Shown: positions 27,101-43,720 of the stretch, one piece after another
How positions within the stretch are numbered: position 1 is the stretch's first letter
How the letters are laid out: the number at the start of each line of letters is the position of its first letter
Source: the human T2T-CHM13v2.0 reference genome, Homo sapiens
Length of the DNA: 64,000 nt
Reading direction: 5' to 3' (one strand)
NCBI RefSeq assembly: GCF_009914755.1
Contig: NC_060929.1
Made by a program: the position numbers and the translations under genes
The notes under the pieces: model-generated
Told to the model about the DNA's origin: nothing
Database searches by the model: none
Seen by the model: only the letters and a program-made list of their open reading frames with translations

Positions 27101-29414
27101 AAAGAACTTCTTGTTTTTTGCTCCACTAGGGTACATTCTTCTAGATCTTGTCACCTCCCCCTACTCTAAACCCATCTTTCTTAGAAAACCCAAGGCCCTT
27201 ACTGTGGCTCTCAAAAGTCCTGGGTGATATGTCCCAGCCACTTTCCTTGACCCCCTCTCCCTGGCTCTGCTCAGCCACTTGGCCTCATTGCCATTCTCTG
27301 CCTGAGCCCCTTTACTCTTGCTGTCTTCCATGTCAGGAAAGCTCTGAGCCTCTGGGGAGCAGCATGGCCTATGCCCTAGCCTTAATTGGGCTTCTCTTTA
27401 AATTTCCTCTGCTCAGTCTCCTACCTTGGCCACTCTTCCTAGAAGAGCAGCACCTCCTGCACCCTATAACCCTGCACCATCCAACAGAGTAGGTTCTAGC
27501 CATGTGTGGTCATTTGAATTTAAATTACTGTATTTTTATTGGACAGTCAGATACAGAATTTCCACCATTGTGAATGTTCTATGGGACAGAGCTGCTCTAA
27601 CCCCTTACCCTGCCTTATTTTTATCTGTGGCACTCACCACTACATGGAGTTGCATTTCTTTGTTTTGCTATCTGTCTTGCCTCAAGAAAGCAAGCTTCCT
27701 ACAATCAGGGACTTTGTGTGTTTTGTTCAGTCTCTGACTTTTAGCTCCCAGAAGAGTTCCTGCCACATCACAAGTGCAGAATAAATACTTCCTGAATGAG
27801 TGATTGGATCTTTTAAACCCAGGAGAGGGAAGCAGAATTGTTGAGGGAAGTCCCCCCTCTGCCTTCTGCTCTTCCCAGTCCCCACCGCCTTCCCTAAGCC
27901 TCGCCTTCTGGGAAGGAATTCAGGTCCTGGCTTTGTTTCTCTTTGAGTTTCCCTCACATAAGTTCCAGTGAAAGAGGCAGAACTGACCACATTGACTTTG
28001 AGTGGTCATTACCACATTCACAGATGGTCCCTTTCAAGTCTGGTGGTGCCTGTTTAATGCAGGGAAAACCATCTGCCAGAATGCCTTTGGCCATTGGATG
28101 GAAGAGAATGTCTCACTGTTACTTAAGAGCAGGAATTGCATACGACAGTGTTGTAGCTGATTATGCTTCATAATGCAGGTTGTTTTGATGCTCCTTGAGC
28201 ATCTTCTTTCCCCCAAAGAGCTATGAGATCTTGGTAACTACTTAGGGACAGGAATCCAGGAGTATTGCACTCCTCCTGGGCTCGAATGAAGACACTCTGG
28301 GTGCGCTTGCCAGTTCTTCTTGCAAAGTTGCTCCTGTACATACTTTACCCGAGATGGGTCCAGATCTACAGAAGGATATGGAGAGGAAAAGTGAGCTAGG
28401 ACTGTCAGCATGGTTCAGAGCCTTGTCTTTCTGAATTATCCTTAAGCAAGTCTGTCCCTTATTTGTAGTGTATCCACTCTGTTCCACAAATGGAATTCAG
28501 TGAGTTGCTCTCCATGAATCCTGATGTTTTACTGCAGGAGACAGCACATTTCCTGACCCAACCAATGGATCTGGCAGAAACTAGTTTGTGGCCAATTATA
28601 TATCATGGTTTTGAGAAAACTATATGCAAATATAAAATGAATTTTAAAATGTTTAAATGTATATTTTCTATATATAGGTATGTATTTTGTTCATTAAATA
28701 ACTGGCACTGTAAGAAGAAAACATCTAAACTTCACTGAGTTACATAAACGAAAGCTTGAATAATAGATGTCTTTCTAAATAAGATGACTCACTTCTGCAA
28801 TTAATTTATAAACTTAGCAAAATCCTAATGAAATTTTTCTTTGAAAAGTAACTAAGCAATTCTAAAGTTTATTTGGAGGAAAAAGGAGATGAGGATAATC
28901 AATAAATACTTGCAGAAGATGAAGCATGGAGGATACATGCACTGAGATTAAAACATGTAACAAAGTGACAAAAATTAAAGCTAAATGGTATAAAGGCAAC
29001 AGAAGAATAAAAAAACTGAACAGATACTAATACATGTAGGAATTTTTTCTCTTATAAAATGGGCATTTTAATAACTATTTCTGAGATATTCGGTTATTTA
29101 TTTAAAAAAAAATCCCTTCCTCATATAACAAAAAAGTTCCAGAACTAAACATTAAACAATAAAACTAAAGTTAATTAGAACGAATATAGATGAATGTTTT
29201 GGAAGTTCGGGAGGGCCTTAATAAACTTACAACAAAGCAGAAAACATGAACAAAGAAACCTTAAAATAGACTATATAAAAATTGTTTAATAGCTTTTCAC
29301 AGTGAAAAACACTGTGCATAAGGCCATCTGAGAAACAATTTACAACATATATGACCAAAGAGTTTATATCCTTCCTATATGAAGAGCTCTTAAAATTCAA
29401 CAAGAAAAGGATCT

Positions 29415-29843
29415 TGTATTAATTTTCTGTGGCTGCCTAACAATTTACCACAAACTGGATGACTTAAAATATAGAAATTTATTCTCTGTCAGTTCTGGAG
29501 GCCAGAGTCCCAAACTAAGATGTGAGCAGAGCTGCACTCTCTCTAAGGAGACTCCCTCCTTGCTCTTCTAGCTTCTGGGGACTCCAGGTGCTCCTCAGCC
29601 TGTGGCTGTGTAACTCTAATTTCTGCCTCCATCTTCACATGGTCTTCTCCTTTTGTCTCTGTGTCTTCTCTCTTCTGTCTGTTATAAGGATGCTTGTCAT
29701 TGGATATAGGGCCCACCTGAATAATCTACGATTATTTCATCTCACAATCCTTAATATATTTATATCTTTTTCCATATAAGGTCACATTCACAGGTTCTGG
29801 AGGTTAGGGTATCCTTCTGGAGGTCACTGTTCAATCTACTACA
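29415..29843 (-). mobile_element. MLT1C/D-like MaLR solo LTR inserted in an old L1M
   Basis: tgtattaattttctgtggctgcctaacaatttaccacaaac...agttctggaggccag...aaggtcacattcacaggttctgg...ctactaca. Confidence 0.8.
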
Positions 29844-30013
29844 AACCTCAATACAAAAATGGGAAAAGGATAAAAGATTTCACAAGAAAAGACATGTTCA
29901 ACTTCACCAATAATCAAATGTATCTAAAAATGATAAAACACCTTTTTTTTAAACTAATCTCAACTGATATTTTCCAGTATAGGTGAGAATCTAAGGAAAT
30001 AGGGGCTTTTCTA

Positions 30014-30396
<383 letters not shown>

Positions 30397-31357
30397 TCAA
30401 AACTATGTGCTCCTTTTGACCTCAGGAAATCTGAGTAAGACTTCCCATATGGGTATGCATCACCACATATTAATAACACTAAGGTGATATAAACAGCCTA
30501 CATGCCCAATGACAGAAGACAGGTTAAATGAATTATGGTGTACCATAGGAAAAAAATGGTAGAAGAATATTTTAAAGCATGAGGACATTTTCAATATAAA
30601 GTGTGTGATTAAAGCAGGTTATAAACATGTCAACCTCTGGGTCAAGATGGTGGCTGAAGCACATGCTAAACCCCCTCTTTCCACCCTGCACCCTATTGCA
30701 CATGTGTGGAGGATATTTCAAAGTACTGTTGGATAACAAATGACTGACTTCAAAAGAAAGAAGAAAAACATCTCAGATGCCAGAAGTGGAAAAGGAAGAT
30801 ATAGCAGTGTGTGGGAGCTGACACTGCACATTCCAAGTTATGACCAGGACATAAACATAGTCAGAAGGCAAGCTGGGAGCCATACTGCCCATTCCTACCT
30901 GGAAGAAGGGACAGTCCACAACTGCCCTGCATAAAGAGAGGTAGGAAATATCACCCACCTGAAATGGAAACCCTGAGCCTGCCAGTATTTCTGTACAATG
31001 TGGAAATCCAGAATTGAGCCACCGACAGAAAAACTAATTGAGAAGTTTGTGACCCCATGGGGCTCTGGCAGAGGCAAACTCAAAACCCTATAGGGAAAAA
31101 AAAACAAAAAACAAAAAACAAAACAAAACAAAAAAACAGCCTTATGGGGAAGCTCCACAATGTAGGGTCCAAGCAGGCAAACATTCCTATTGAAGAGCTG
31201 TTCTGAATTTTTTGGTCTGGTCTCACAACCCATTTTTCACTCTTAAAAATTATTAACGATGAAAGAGATTTTATTTTATGGGTAATATCTATTGATATTT
31301 ACCGTAGTAGAAACTAAAACTGAGAACCTTCCTTAAACACAAGAATCTACAAGCACA

Positions 31358-31549
31358 GTAAGGTATTGTATATTTCAAAAAGCTAAAGGAGAGGTTTTTG
31401 AATGTTTTCATGACAAAGAAATATTAAGTGCATGAGGTGATGGAATGCTAACAATTCTGCTTTGATCCTTATACAATGTATACATGTATCAAAAGACAAC
31501 ATTGTACTCCATAAATGTGTACAATTATAATGTGTCAAAAAATTTTAAA
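31358..31549 (+). mobile_element. L1MA-like 3'-end fragment
   Basis: tattgtatatttcaaaaagcta...gaggtgatgga...ccataaatgtgtacaattataatgtgtcaa; 17-bp TSD aagaatctacaagcaca (31341-31357) / aagaatctaccagcaca (31550-31566). Confidence 0.85.
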
Positions 31550-31675
31550 AAGAATCTACCAGCACACATTTCATAAATCATCAGAGCAATGATATAATTG
31601 TATATCATGTAGCATCTCGCAAACGTGACTATATACTTATGAAAAATAAGAGTGAAAAAGTCAAATAACATTTCT

Positions 31676-35070
<3,395 letters not shown>

Positions 35071-35479
35071 GTCAAATAACATTTCTATTGTTAGGAAAAT
35101 TGTTTTGACATCACAGATTTCTTGAATAGTCTTGGGAGTTTTCTGGGAATCCTCAGACCACACTTTGAGAACCACTACTATGGAAGATATGCTCACAGCC
35201 AAGAATTACTAAACTTGTGATAAAGTTCTGTCCTATTTGAGATAGTCACTAACCCAACAAATGAGAAAATTCACTCCCAAATAGTTAGAGACAATAGACT
35301 TCAACTCCAAATGTATGATATGGTCTAAATTAATTATATGCTCATGCATCTGCATAGTCTAAATATTGGAAATAAAATTGCTGATTGTCAAGAGTGGGCA
35401 TCTCTGGGTGGCAGAAATACAAATGTTTTTTATTTTCTTGTTTATGACTTCCTGGATTTTTAAAGTATTACTTTCCCCC

Positions 35480-36205
35480 AATTTTATTGTGATAAAATAC
35501 ACATCACATAAAATTTACCACTTAACCATTTTTAAATGTACAGTCAGTGCTATTGAATATGTTCATAATGTTGTGCAACCAACACTACCATTCATCTCCA
35601 TCACTCTGTTCATCTTGTAAAACTGAAACTCCGTATCCATCAGATGAAAACTCCCCATTCCCCACTTCTCCCAGATCCTGGCAACCACCATTCTATATCC
35701 TGTCTCTATTATTTTGACTGGTCTAAGTATCTCATATAAATAGAATCATATAGTATTTGTCTTTTTGTGGCTGGCTTATTTCATTTAGCATAGTATCCTC
35801 AAGATTCACCCATATTATAGCATGTTTCAGAATTTCCTTCTTTTTAAGGCTGAATAACATTCCATTGTCTGTGTATACCACATTTTGCCTAGACATTCAT
35901 TGGTCAATGGGCCAATGGGTTGCTTCCTTGATTGAGCTACTGTTAATAACACTGTTAGAATCATAGATGTATAAATATCTTCTCCAAAATCTGCTCTCCA
36001 TTCTTTTGTGTCTATACCTAGAGGTGGAATTCCTAGATTATATGGTAATTCTATTTTTATGTTTTTAGGAACTGCCACACTATTTTTCACAGAGGCTGTA
36101 CCATTTCATATTCCCACCAACAGTGCACATGGCTCCATATCCTTGCCAATACTTGTTATTTTGTTATTTTGTTTGTTTTTTGTTGATTTTTGCTAGTAGC
36201 CATCC
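35480..36205 (-). mobile_element. L1MB 3' fragment
   Basis: ttttattgtgataaaatacac...aaaatttaccacttaaccatttttaaatgtacag...ggcaaccaccattcta...ggaactgccacact. Confidence 0.85.
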
Positions 36206-37165
36206 AAATTGGTATGCATTGGTCCAGTTCTTTTTAAAATAAGCATGCTTTGGTTTTGTAATCGGAAAGAAAGATTCTGTACTAAATTGAATTCAAGTAT
36301 TTCTTCAAAGAAGGATAGTGCCCACTTTGACTCACTTGAGGATATTTCTGGGACCTTCACAAAAGTTTATATATGCAAACAGGTTTGCCATTTGTGTGAG
36401 GCCTTTAGATTTCACTAATCTGGGGTTTGTAGAGATTTGGACAACTGCTGAGGTCTTTACCCTGGTTTATGAGATCTATTCTTCATAGAGCAAATTAACT
36501 GTGTCAAAATTGCATAAAAATGAACGTTAATATACTTAAAATTAAAATTTCCAGGCTCTTTGAATGACTTATTGCTTTAAAAATACACAGATATGCTAAA
36601 TACTTTCTATTTTTATAGCAAGTCTGTTTAAAAATCATAAGCAATTACATTTGGAAAACTTAGTTTCAGTTTTTGATACACTTGAAAGAAATACTGTATT
36701 TTATTTTAGAAATATTATTTTAATGTAGATTTTCTGCCTTTTATCCTGCTTCTTTCAATTAATTCTAATTAGTGTTATGGTATTTTATAATAGAGACATT
36801 AGAATTTAAAGGATTTTAGTGTTCATCTTAATACAGTATTTCCATAAAATGTATAATGAGAACTGCTCACTGGTGTCATGCTGAGGGTGGGGAATTCTGT
36901 TATTAGGAAAGTTTGGAAATGATTGGGTAACAAATTTAAGCAAGGTTCCTTATAACAGGCTTTGTACTGTAACCCTCCTACTCATACTCCACATGAAGTA
37001 AGTGTGAGAGCATATAAAGTCATATAAAGTCAGAGTACTTTATAGGACCACAAGGTGCAGATTGCACCTTGGGGGACTACTGATCCAGACAACTGCCTGA
37101 TAAAGAAAGTGGAGGAACTAAGAGTTGACCCCTTATGGTGCTTGAGTCCTCATTTAATAACATTA

Positions 37166-37474
<309 letters not shown>

Positions 37475-38979
37475 TTATGGTGTTCCTTTTTACTAGTTTC
37501 CTGTTTTCAGGAAAGTTACACTGTAATAGGGAAGGCCATCACATGTATTGGTGAGCATAATGGAAAATGTGATTGAATGCCAGGAGGAAACCAGCTACAC
37601 TTAACTTGCAAGATGTGATTAGGCTAAGCAATAAAGAAAGGAAATCGTTTCATGAAAGAAGTGATTTTTGAACCGTGATTTTTGCACTGCACCTTAAAGA
37701 ATGAGAATGTAGGCATACAGGTAGTTTACAGGGTTGGAGGGCAAGAGGTGTCTCTAAATAATAAACACTTAATGTCAGGGATTTGGACAGGCTGGGATGA
37801 TGGGTCAGTTTCCATTTCTTCATCTCAAAGATGTGCTCAGTGCGGAAAGCTTCTTGGAAAGCTCCCCTCTCAACCCCACCCCACTCCAGAAGGAGTCCTT
37901 TGTAGCCCAGCATGCCTGACTTGGGAGGGAGGTGTGGCATCAGGGATAAAGTTGGACACAGTTGTCCAGTCAGCTGGCAGGTAGTTCACCATTTGTCTTC
38001 TGTGTTGAATGTCTCTTCTAGATCCAAGCTTAAGAGAGGAAGAGGGATGTTATGAGCCCCTCTGCCCAATCCCAGCACACTACATATCTGCAAGTACTTT
38101 AGAAGAGCCCGAGTCTGCTGGCATGGGGGCTGCCTTCTACACACCCATGCTGTTTCAGATCCCTGTTTCCATCACAGGCTCCCATTTCCACAAAAACGTG
38201 GCAGATGTAGTGGGTATGTGGTTGGGCTCTGGAGTAGCATTGCATAGGGTCGCATTGTTACTGGCCAGGTTTCAGTTTTCTTATCTGTGAAGTGGGCATT
38301 TTTAAAAGTACCTACCCCATACAATGTTTGTGAGCATTATTGTGTGATAATGCATCTGAAGTGCGTGGCACATGGCTGACATAATAACGGATTAGCCATT
38401 ATTATTGCTATCATTACTCTATCAGGGCACAATGGTTTTAAAGCTGCATAAATACAATTGTTAGAAGAATGGACTCTCCCAGCATCCAGAAGATTCTAGA
38501 ACATTTGGGGGAGGCGGAGCTATCCAAGATCTTTTGATTGATGGTGGTGATGAGGAGTAAAGCAAAGGGAAGACTGCATGTTTGGGCGGTGTGGGGAAAC
38601 ACCAAGAGAAACATCTGTGTGTTGGGGGTTGTGTAGGGTGGGAGCTTGTGTAGGAAAGTTTTAAAATAGTATGTAGTGGTATTGGATATGTGTGTTTGTC
38701 ATGAACCATCAAAGGAGCAAAAAGAAGAAAAACTGTGTTTTGCCAGAATAATGCCCGTGTGTATAATTATTCTTTATATTTTACATATTTGTGCAAAATA
38801 TCACACACAATGATTGTGCATGTCATTGACTATATCAGATTCACTTCGCTGTGAACGTTGTTTGGTTTAACAGCCGCTTCTATAAATGCAGTTTCAATCG
38901 GCTATGTATCCTGCAGCTTAGCATGATGAGTAGGGCATCTAAACAAATATTTATCAAGTGGTTTTACAGGAGATACTGC

Positions 38980-39410
38980 TAATGCCCTGGGTCCCTGGAC
39001 CCCTTTCATCATCTCTGTGCTCTCCCCACTTGGCTTCAGTGTGCCTTTGCCTTCCTCGGCCAGCACCTTCAGAGGATTGCCTTCAGGCTAGTGGAACTGC
39101 CTTGCCTTTTGGTGCAGAGAACAGGAAGCTCCTACATTCCACCATTGCCCCCAGGACCCCTCAGCCAACAGTTGGCATGGGGTTATGAAAGCCTAGCACC
39201 TTTGCCCGAGTGGGGAAAAATTCCGAGGCATAATTTATACTCCAGAGTTCCTCCTGAAGCTTGCTCCACGGTAGAATACCTAAAATTGCCGCCCTGCTTC
39301 CATCGCTCCCTCCCGCCCTGCTCCCTGACTCCCTTACTCTTTAATAAATGATTTGCAGCTGACTCCTTATGGCTAGGTCTGTTCCTGGGGAAACTGAATT
39401 GAAACCACTG
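38980..39410 (+). mobile_element. ERVL LTR16/LTR33-like relic
   Basis: ...ccctgctccctgactcccc...ttaataaatgatttgc...ctgttcctggggaaactgaattgaaac resembles an LTR16-family 3' end. Confidence 0.5.
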
Positions 39411-39879
39411 AATATATGTCAGATTCTGTCCTAAAACCGGGGTAAACAACTCATTTAATTCTCACAACACTGGAAGGTGGTTATTATTACCCTTATTTCG
39501 TGGAGAAGGAAACTGACTTGAGTAAACGAGGAGCATCATGTACTTAGAGATTGTTAGAGTTTCATTGCTTTGCCTACTTTCCTGCCGTCCTGGCCCACTG
39601 ATGTCTTATTTAACAGGGTTACATTATCTTTTGAAGTACAGCCACCATCCTAGGGTAGTTTATTGGAACAAACAAGACCACATTTTAAAATTATTACCCA
39701 TATAAAGCTCGTCACTGATTAAAGGTCTCACAACAATTCTCTTTACTTCAGAATGTAGAAGACAATTTAGAGAAGCGGTTATAAAACAATTTTAGTGTAG
39801 GAAAAAAAGTTACTGGAATACTGGAATGACTAGGAAGAAGGCCACTGCATTTAATAAGACCTCAGTGAGACCACTGGGT

Positions 39880-40115
39880 GAGGCAGATGAAGATAAGGGG
39901 TAAGGCTTTGGGGTCAGACACATTTGAGCTTGAGTCCGGCATCTCCTCTAACAAGCTTTGTGACTTTGGGCTAATCTCTCTAAGCCTTAATTTTTCATCT
40001 GTAAAATGGAAGACTATAATGTCTATTTTGTAGGATTGAAGTAAAGATTAAATAAAAGAATAAAACAATGTACAGGAAGTTTTTAGCACAATGCCTGACA
40101 TATAGTAAGCACCAA
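39880..40115 (+). mobile_element. MIR SINE
   Basis: Core ggctttggggtcagac...tgtgactttgggc...ctctaagccttaatttttcatctgtaaaatgg...agcacaatgcctgacatatagtaagc. Confidence 0.8.
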
Positions 40116-41532
40116 ATCAAGGTGGTTTGTTTTGTTTTTCATTGAAACAAAGTCTGACATATATTATGTGGCATAACTCCATAATCGATTCGAGAAACAA
40201 AAGAAAATATTGATGATGCTATAAACAGCTGCTTGCGGACCTTCTTATAGGCCACACCTGGTGTGTAAGCCCCACCCTTGAGAAGTGCTGCTTTAATTCA
40301 AGCATAACCTTCCCATGTAGATACAAATCTGCCATTTTCCTGGCAATATCTGGAATGAGCCAAGCTCTTCACATTTTTCCATTTACCAGAGGGAGATAAT
40401 AGCCATAGAATTATAACTCTGCCCCTGAACAGTCTGCCCCCAGCCAATCATCCTGCACATATTCCAAGATGGCTTTATAAGGATAGTACAAACTTGGGGT
40501 TTTGGTTTAACTCCGTATTTTGAAATCACTGTAGATTCACATGCAGTTGTAAGGAATGATTCAGAGAGACCCCTGTACCCTTCACCAGCTAACCCCAATG
40601 GCAATATCTACAAACATCTAATTTTATATAGCATTTTTGAATAAGTATTCATATTTCTTGTTTATGAAAGGGCACAGAAAAATCTTCTTTGCTTTAGTAA
40701 GACTACAAACTAAAGAACAAGTCTCTTCCCTCAAGGAACTTACCTGAGCTTCGATTTGGGGGATGAGAAATCTTGAAAGACAAAAAGAGAACTTATATGT
40801 GCACATCCTTTGTTTTGTCCTGGAATTAAAACTAAGATTTCTGCAAGAATTTTTTCAAAATTGGAATGTTTAATTGTAAAATTCTTGTTTTATTTTATTT
40901 CTCATTGCTCAAGTGCTTAGACTACTTAGGGGATTAGAACTGTCCACTTTTCCAGCCATAACTATGACATTTAAGATATCATACCTCTTGCCTCTTACAG
41001 AGGTGGCTCCTATACAAGGACCTCTTTAGGGATGAAAACCCTGTAAAGCATGTGGTAAGGATACCTGTGGCTGAGGACAAAAGCAAAAAAGCCAAATGCA
41101 GTCAGTTGATATACAATTTCTTGGAAACAGCTATGGCAGAAGCTTTCCATTATGAAAGGCACTGGGGTAGTGCTGTAGGGTCATTCAGACTCTGCTTTCA
41201 ACTAACCAGAATTTGGAGCTCACTTAATGGTATTTCTGGAGCTGATTATGTACAGGAAGCAGCTGATATGCAGTGTCTGATGTGGTCATCCGTTCAATGG
41301 ATAGGATGGCAGTTTATTTTATTTATTGTGTGAAATATTCAGATTTTCTGTTAATTTTTAAAGTAGGAAATGTCTCTCAACTTCATCATTGTCCTCTCTG
41401 CCCCTTTTCCCTGACTTCTTGAGTTTCTGAGCACCCCATCCTCAGCCTCCCTTCTCACCACCTTTCCATTTTTTCTTACTGTTCTCATGGATTTTCCCAT
41501 GTCTCTCTTCCTCCCTTTCTCTTCCTCTCAGT

Positions 41533-41536
<4 letters not shown>

Positions 41537-41564
<28 letters not shown>
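41537..41564. repeat. A28 homopolymer after a ~150-bp pyrimidine-rich tract
   Basis: Counted directly from the sequence. Confidence 0.95.
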
Positions 41565-41568
<4 letters not shown>

Positions 41569-43033
41569 TGGGGGAGAACAAACAGAAAAATCATTTACTA
41601 AAACATTTGGTTAAAAACCTTGCAATCATATGTTTATTTTAATTTCATTTTATCATTTTCCAAAACGCAGCCTGTGAGAACCATACTCCTGTTTTGCCTA
41701 CTGGGCATTTGTAGGTATTCAGTGGGAATGAAGCATGGTCCATTTATAAACAAACATCTGTTTGTCTTTATTGCTGGGTTTGTTTGTGGCATTTGGAGGA
41801 GTAATTAAATGTATGTTAGTAATAGCTACTTTAAATATTTTAAACTAGCTACAAAATGAAAAAGTAGAAATGACGATTATATAAATCAATGTTTGGAATG
41901 CTGCCATAGCTTAAGGCTTGGGGAGTTAATGATGGGGGAGAAAGACTTTTTTAACCTCTGTTATCATCTGTGTACAAGGATGAACCTGTCAGTGACTCAC
42001 ATGAGCCACCAGAAGAGGCAGCTGAGTGGACAAATGGAATATAAGTTACCTTGAGGTCAGCCTGAATTTAAGGAACCAAGGCATGAGGGGACTATCAGTG
42101 AAAAAGAAAACCAAATAACAGGTCCTGGAAGGTCCAGACTTTACTACCAAAACAGCAGCTAACCAGAGTGGCAGGTGGGAGGATGTGAGAGGGAGAGAGG
42201 GAGAGAGAGAGAGTGTGTGTGCGTACTGGGTATCCAGAGATGAAGAAAATAGAAGTGGGGTTGTGAAGGGACATGGCATGGAGCTTACCTGTCCCTGAAG
42301 GCCTGGGGGTAGTTTCTGAAAGGGCAGACTCCCACCAAACAAGCCATATGTTCTAATTCAATATCAAATGCAGCCATAAAATCATTTGATGAACTCTGAC
42401 AATCCTGTGGATATGACACTATGCTATGGGAATATACTCCTTGCCAGTTTGGGGTGCCATGTGAGTCTCTGTTACCATTTGTTGGAAGGAAACACAATGT
42501 TAAGTAGGGGAGAAATTCAATTTTACAAATATAGCTATAGTTTGATTGATAGCAATTGTATATGGGGCTGCTTGCTTTTCAGTGTGAGGAAATAGGCCCA
42601 GTAGGATTCTTCTAATACTCTGGTTTGTCTTTGCAATATTTGTACGTGTCTGTGAGCAATACTATTTTTCTCAATCAAGGTATATGCTTGTAGCATTTCA
42701 AAATGTGTTGGGCGTGCTTTTAAAGATGCAAGATGCTCTGTTTTATTCTCAGGGGAATTCCTGTGTACTGTTACCCTGGGGATAGAATTCCTTAAAATAA
42801 AACAATAATAATAGCAGCGAAAACCCTAAATACTCCAAGTGATGCTCACACTTAAGCAGAGAAGCAGCCTAGGGTGTACATGTATATACAGTGAGATCAA
42901 AAAAAAAAAAAAAAGGAAAAACTAATTCTGTGTTGTAGTTTGTGGGACACTGAAAAGAGGTCAAGAAATAGACGGTAAAAAATATATATATAGAAAGGAA
43001 TAATAAGTATCTCCTCTATTTCTTCTTTCGCAG

Positions 43034-43134
43034 TTCTGTTTTGAACCCAAAGTGGATGATGCTGTCAGAGCTGAACTACTGAAAGGAGGCTGTGAAAATT
43101 TCCCATCTTCTCATTGGCCATCAGTTGAGATAAG
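43034..43134 (+). other. SV2C: 5'UTR part of the SV2C first coding exon (101 nt)
   Basis: Polypyrimidine tract tctcctctatttcttctttcgCAG ends at 43033 (canonical 3' splice acceptor), 101 nt upstream of the ATG. Confidence 0.88.
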
Positions 43135-43714
43135 ATGGAAGACTCTTACAAGGATAGGACTTCACTGATGAAGGGTGCCAAGGACATTGCCAGAGAGGTG
43201 AAGAAACAAACAGTAAAGAAGGTGAATCAAGCTGTGGACCGAGCCCAGGATGAATACACCCAGAGGTCCTACAGTCGGTTCCAAGATGAAGAAGATGATG
43301 ATGACTACTACCCGGCTGGAGAAACCTATAATGGTGAGGCCAACGATGACGAAGGCTCAAGTGAAGCCACTGAGGGGCATGATGAAGATGATGAGATCTA
43401 TGAGGGGGAGTATCAGGGCATCCCCAGTATGAACCAAGCGAAGGACAGCATCGTGTCAGTGGGGCAGCCCAAGGGCGATGAGTACAAGGACCGACGGGAG
43501 CTGGAATCAGAAAGGAGAGCTGACGAGGAAGAGTTAGCCCAGCAGTATGAGCTGATAATCCAAGAATGCGGTCATGGTCGTTTTCAGTGGGCCCTTTTCT
43601 TCGTCCTGGGCATGGCTCTTATGGCAGACGGTGTAGAGGTGTTTGTCGTTGGCTTCGTGTTACCCAGTGCTGAGACAGACCTCTGCATCCCAAATTCAGG
43701 ATCTGGATGGCTAG
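43135..43714 (+). CDS. SV2C: SV2C first coding exon: cytosolic acidic N-terminus plus first MFS transmembrane helix (193 codons + 1 nt, phase-1 intron follows)
   Basis: Translation MEDSYKDRTSLMKGAKDIAREVKKQ...YSRF...SSEATEGHDEDDEIYEGEYQG...ECGHGRFQWALFFVLGMALMADGVEVFVVGFVLPSAETDLCIPNSGSGWL matches the SV2-family N-terminus (SV2C type). Strong Kozak AAGATGG, in-frame upstream TGA at 43126-43128, donor CTAG|GTGAGT after 43714. Confidence 0.97.
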
Positions 43715-43720
43715 GTGAGT
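43715..43720 (+). promoter_or_regulatory. SV2C: 5' splice donor GTGAGT
   Basis: AG|GTGAGT is a near-consensus U2 donor; SV2-like protein sequence stops at this point. Confidence 0.93.

Noticed and set aside
42735-42761. Cryptic acceptor-like tctgttttattctcAG overlapping a kB-like GGGGAATTCC
   Set aside because: Single short motifs like these are expected by chance in 64 kb, and the acceptor at 43033 is stronger.
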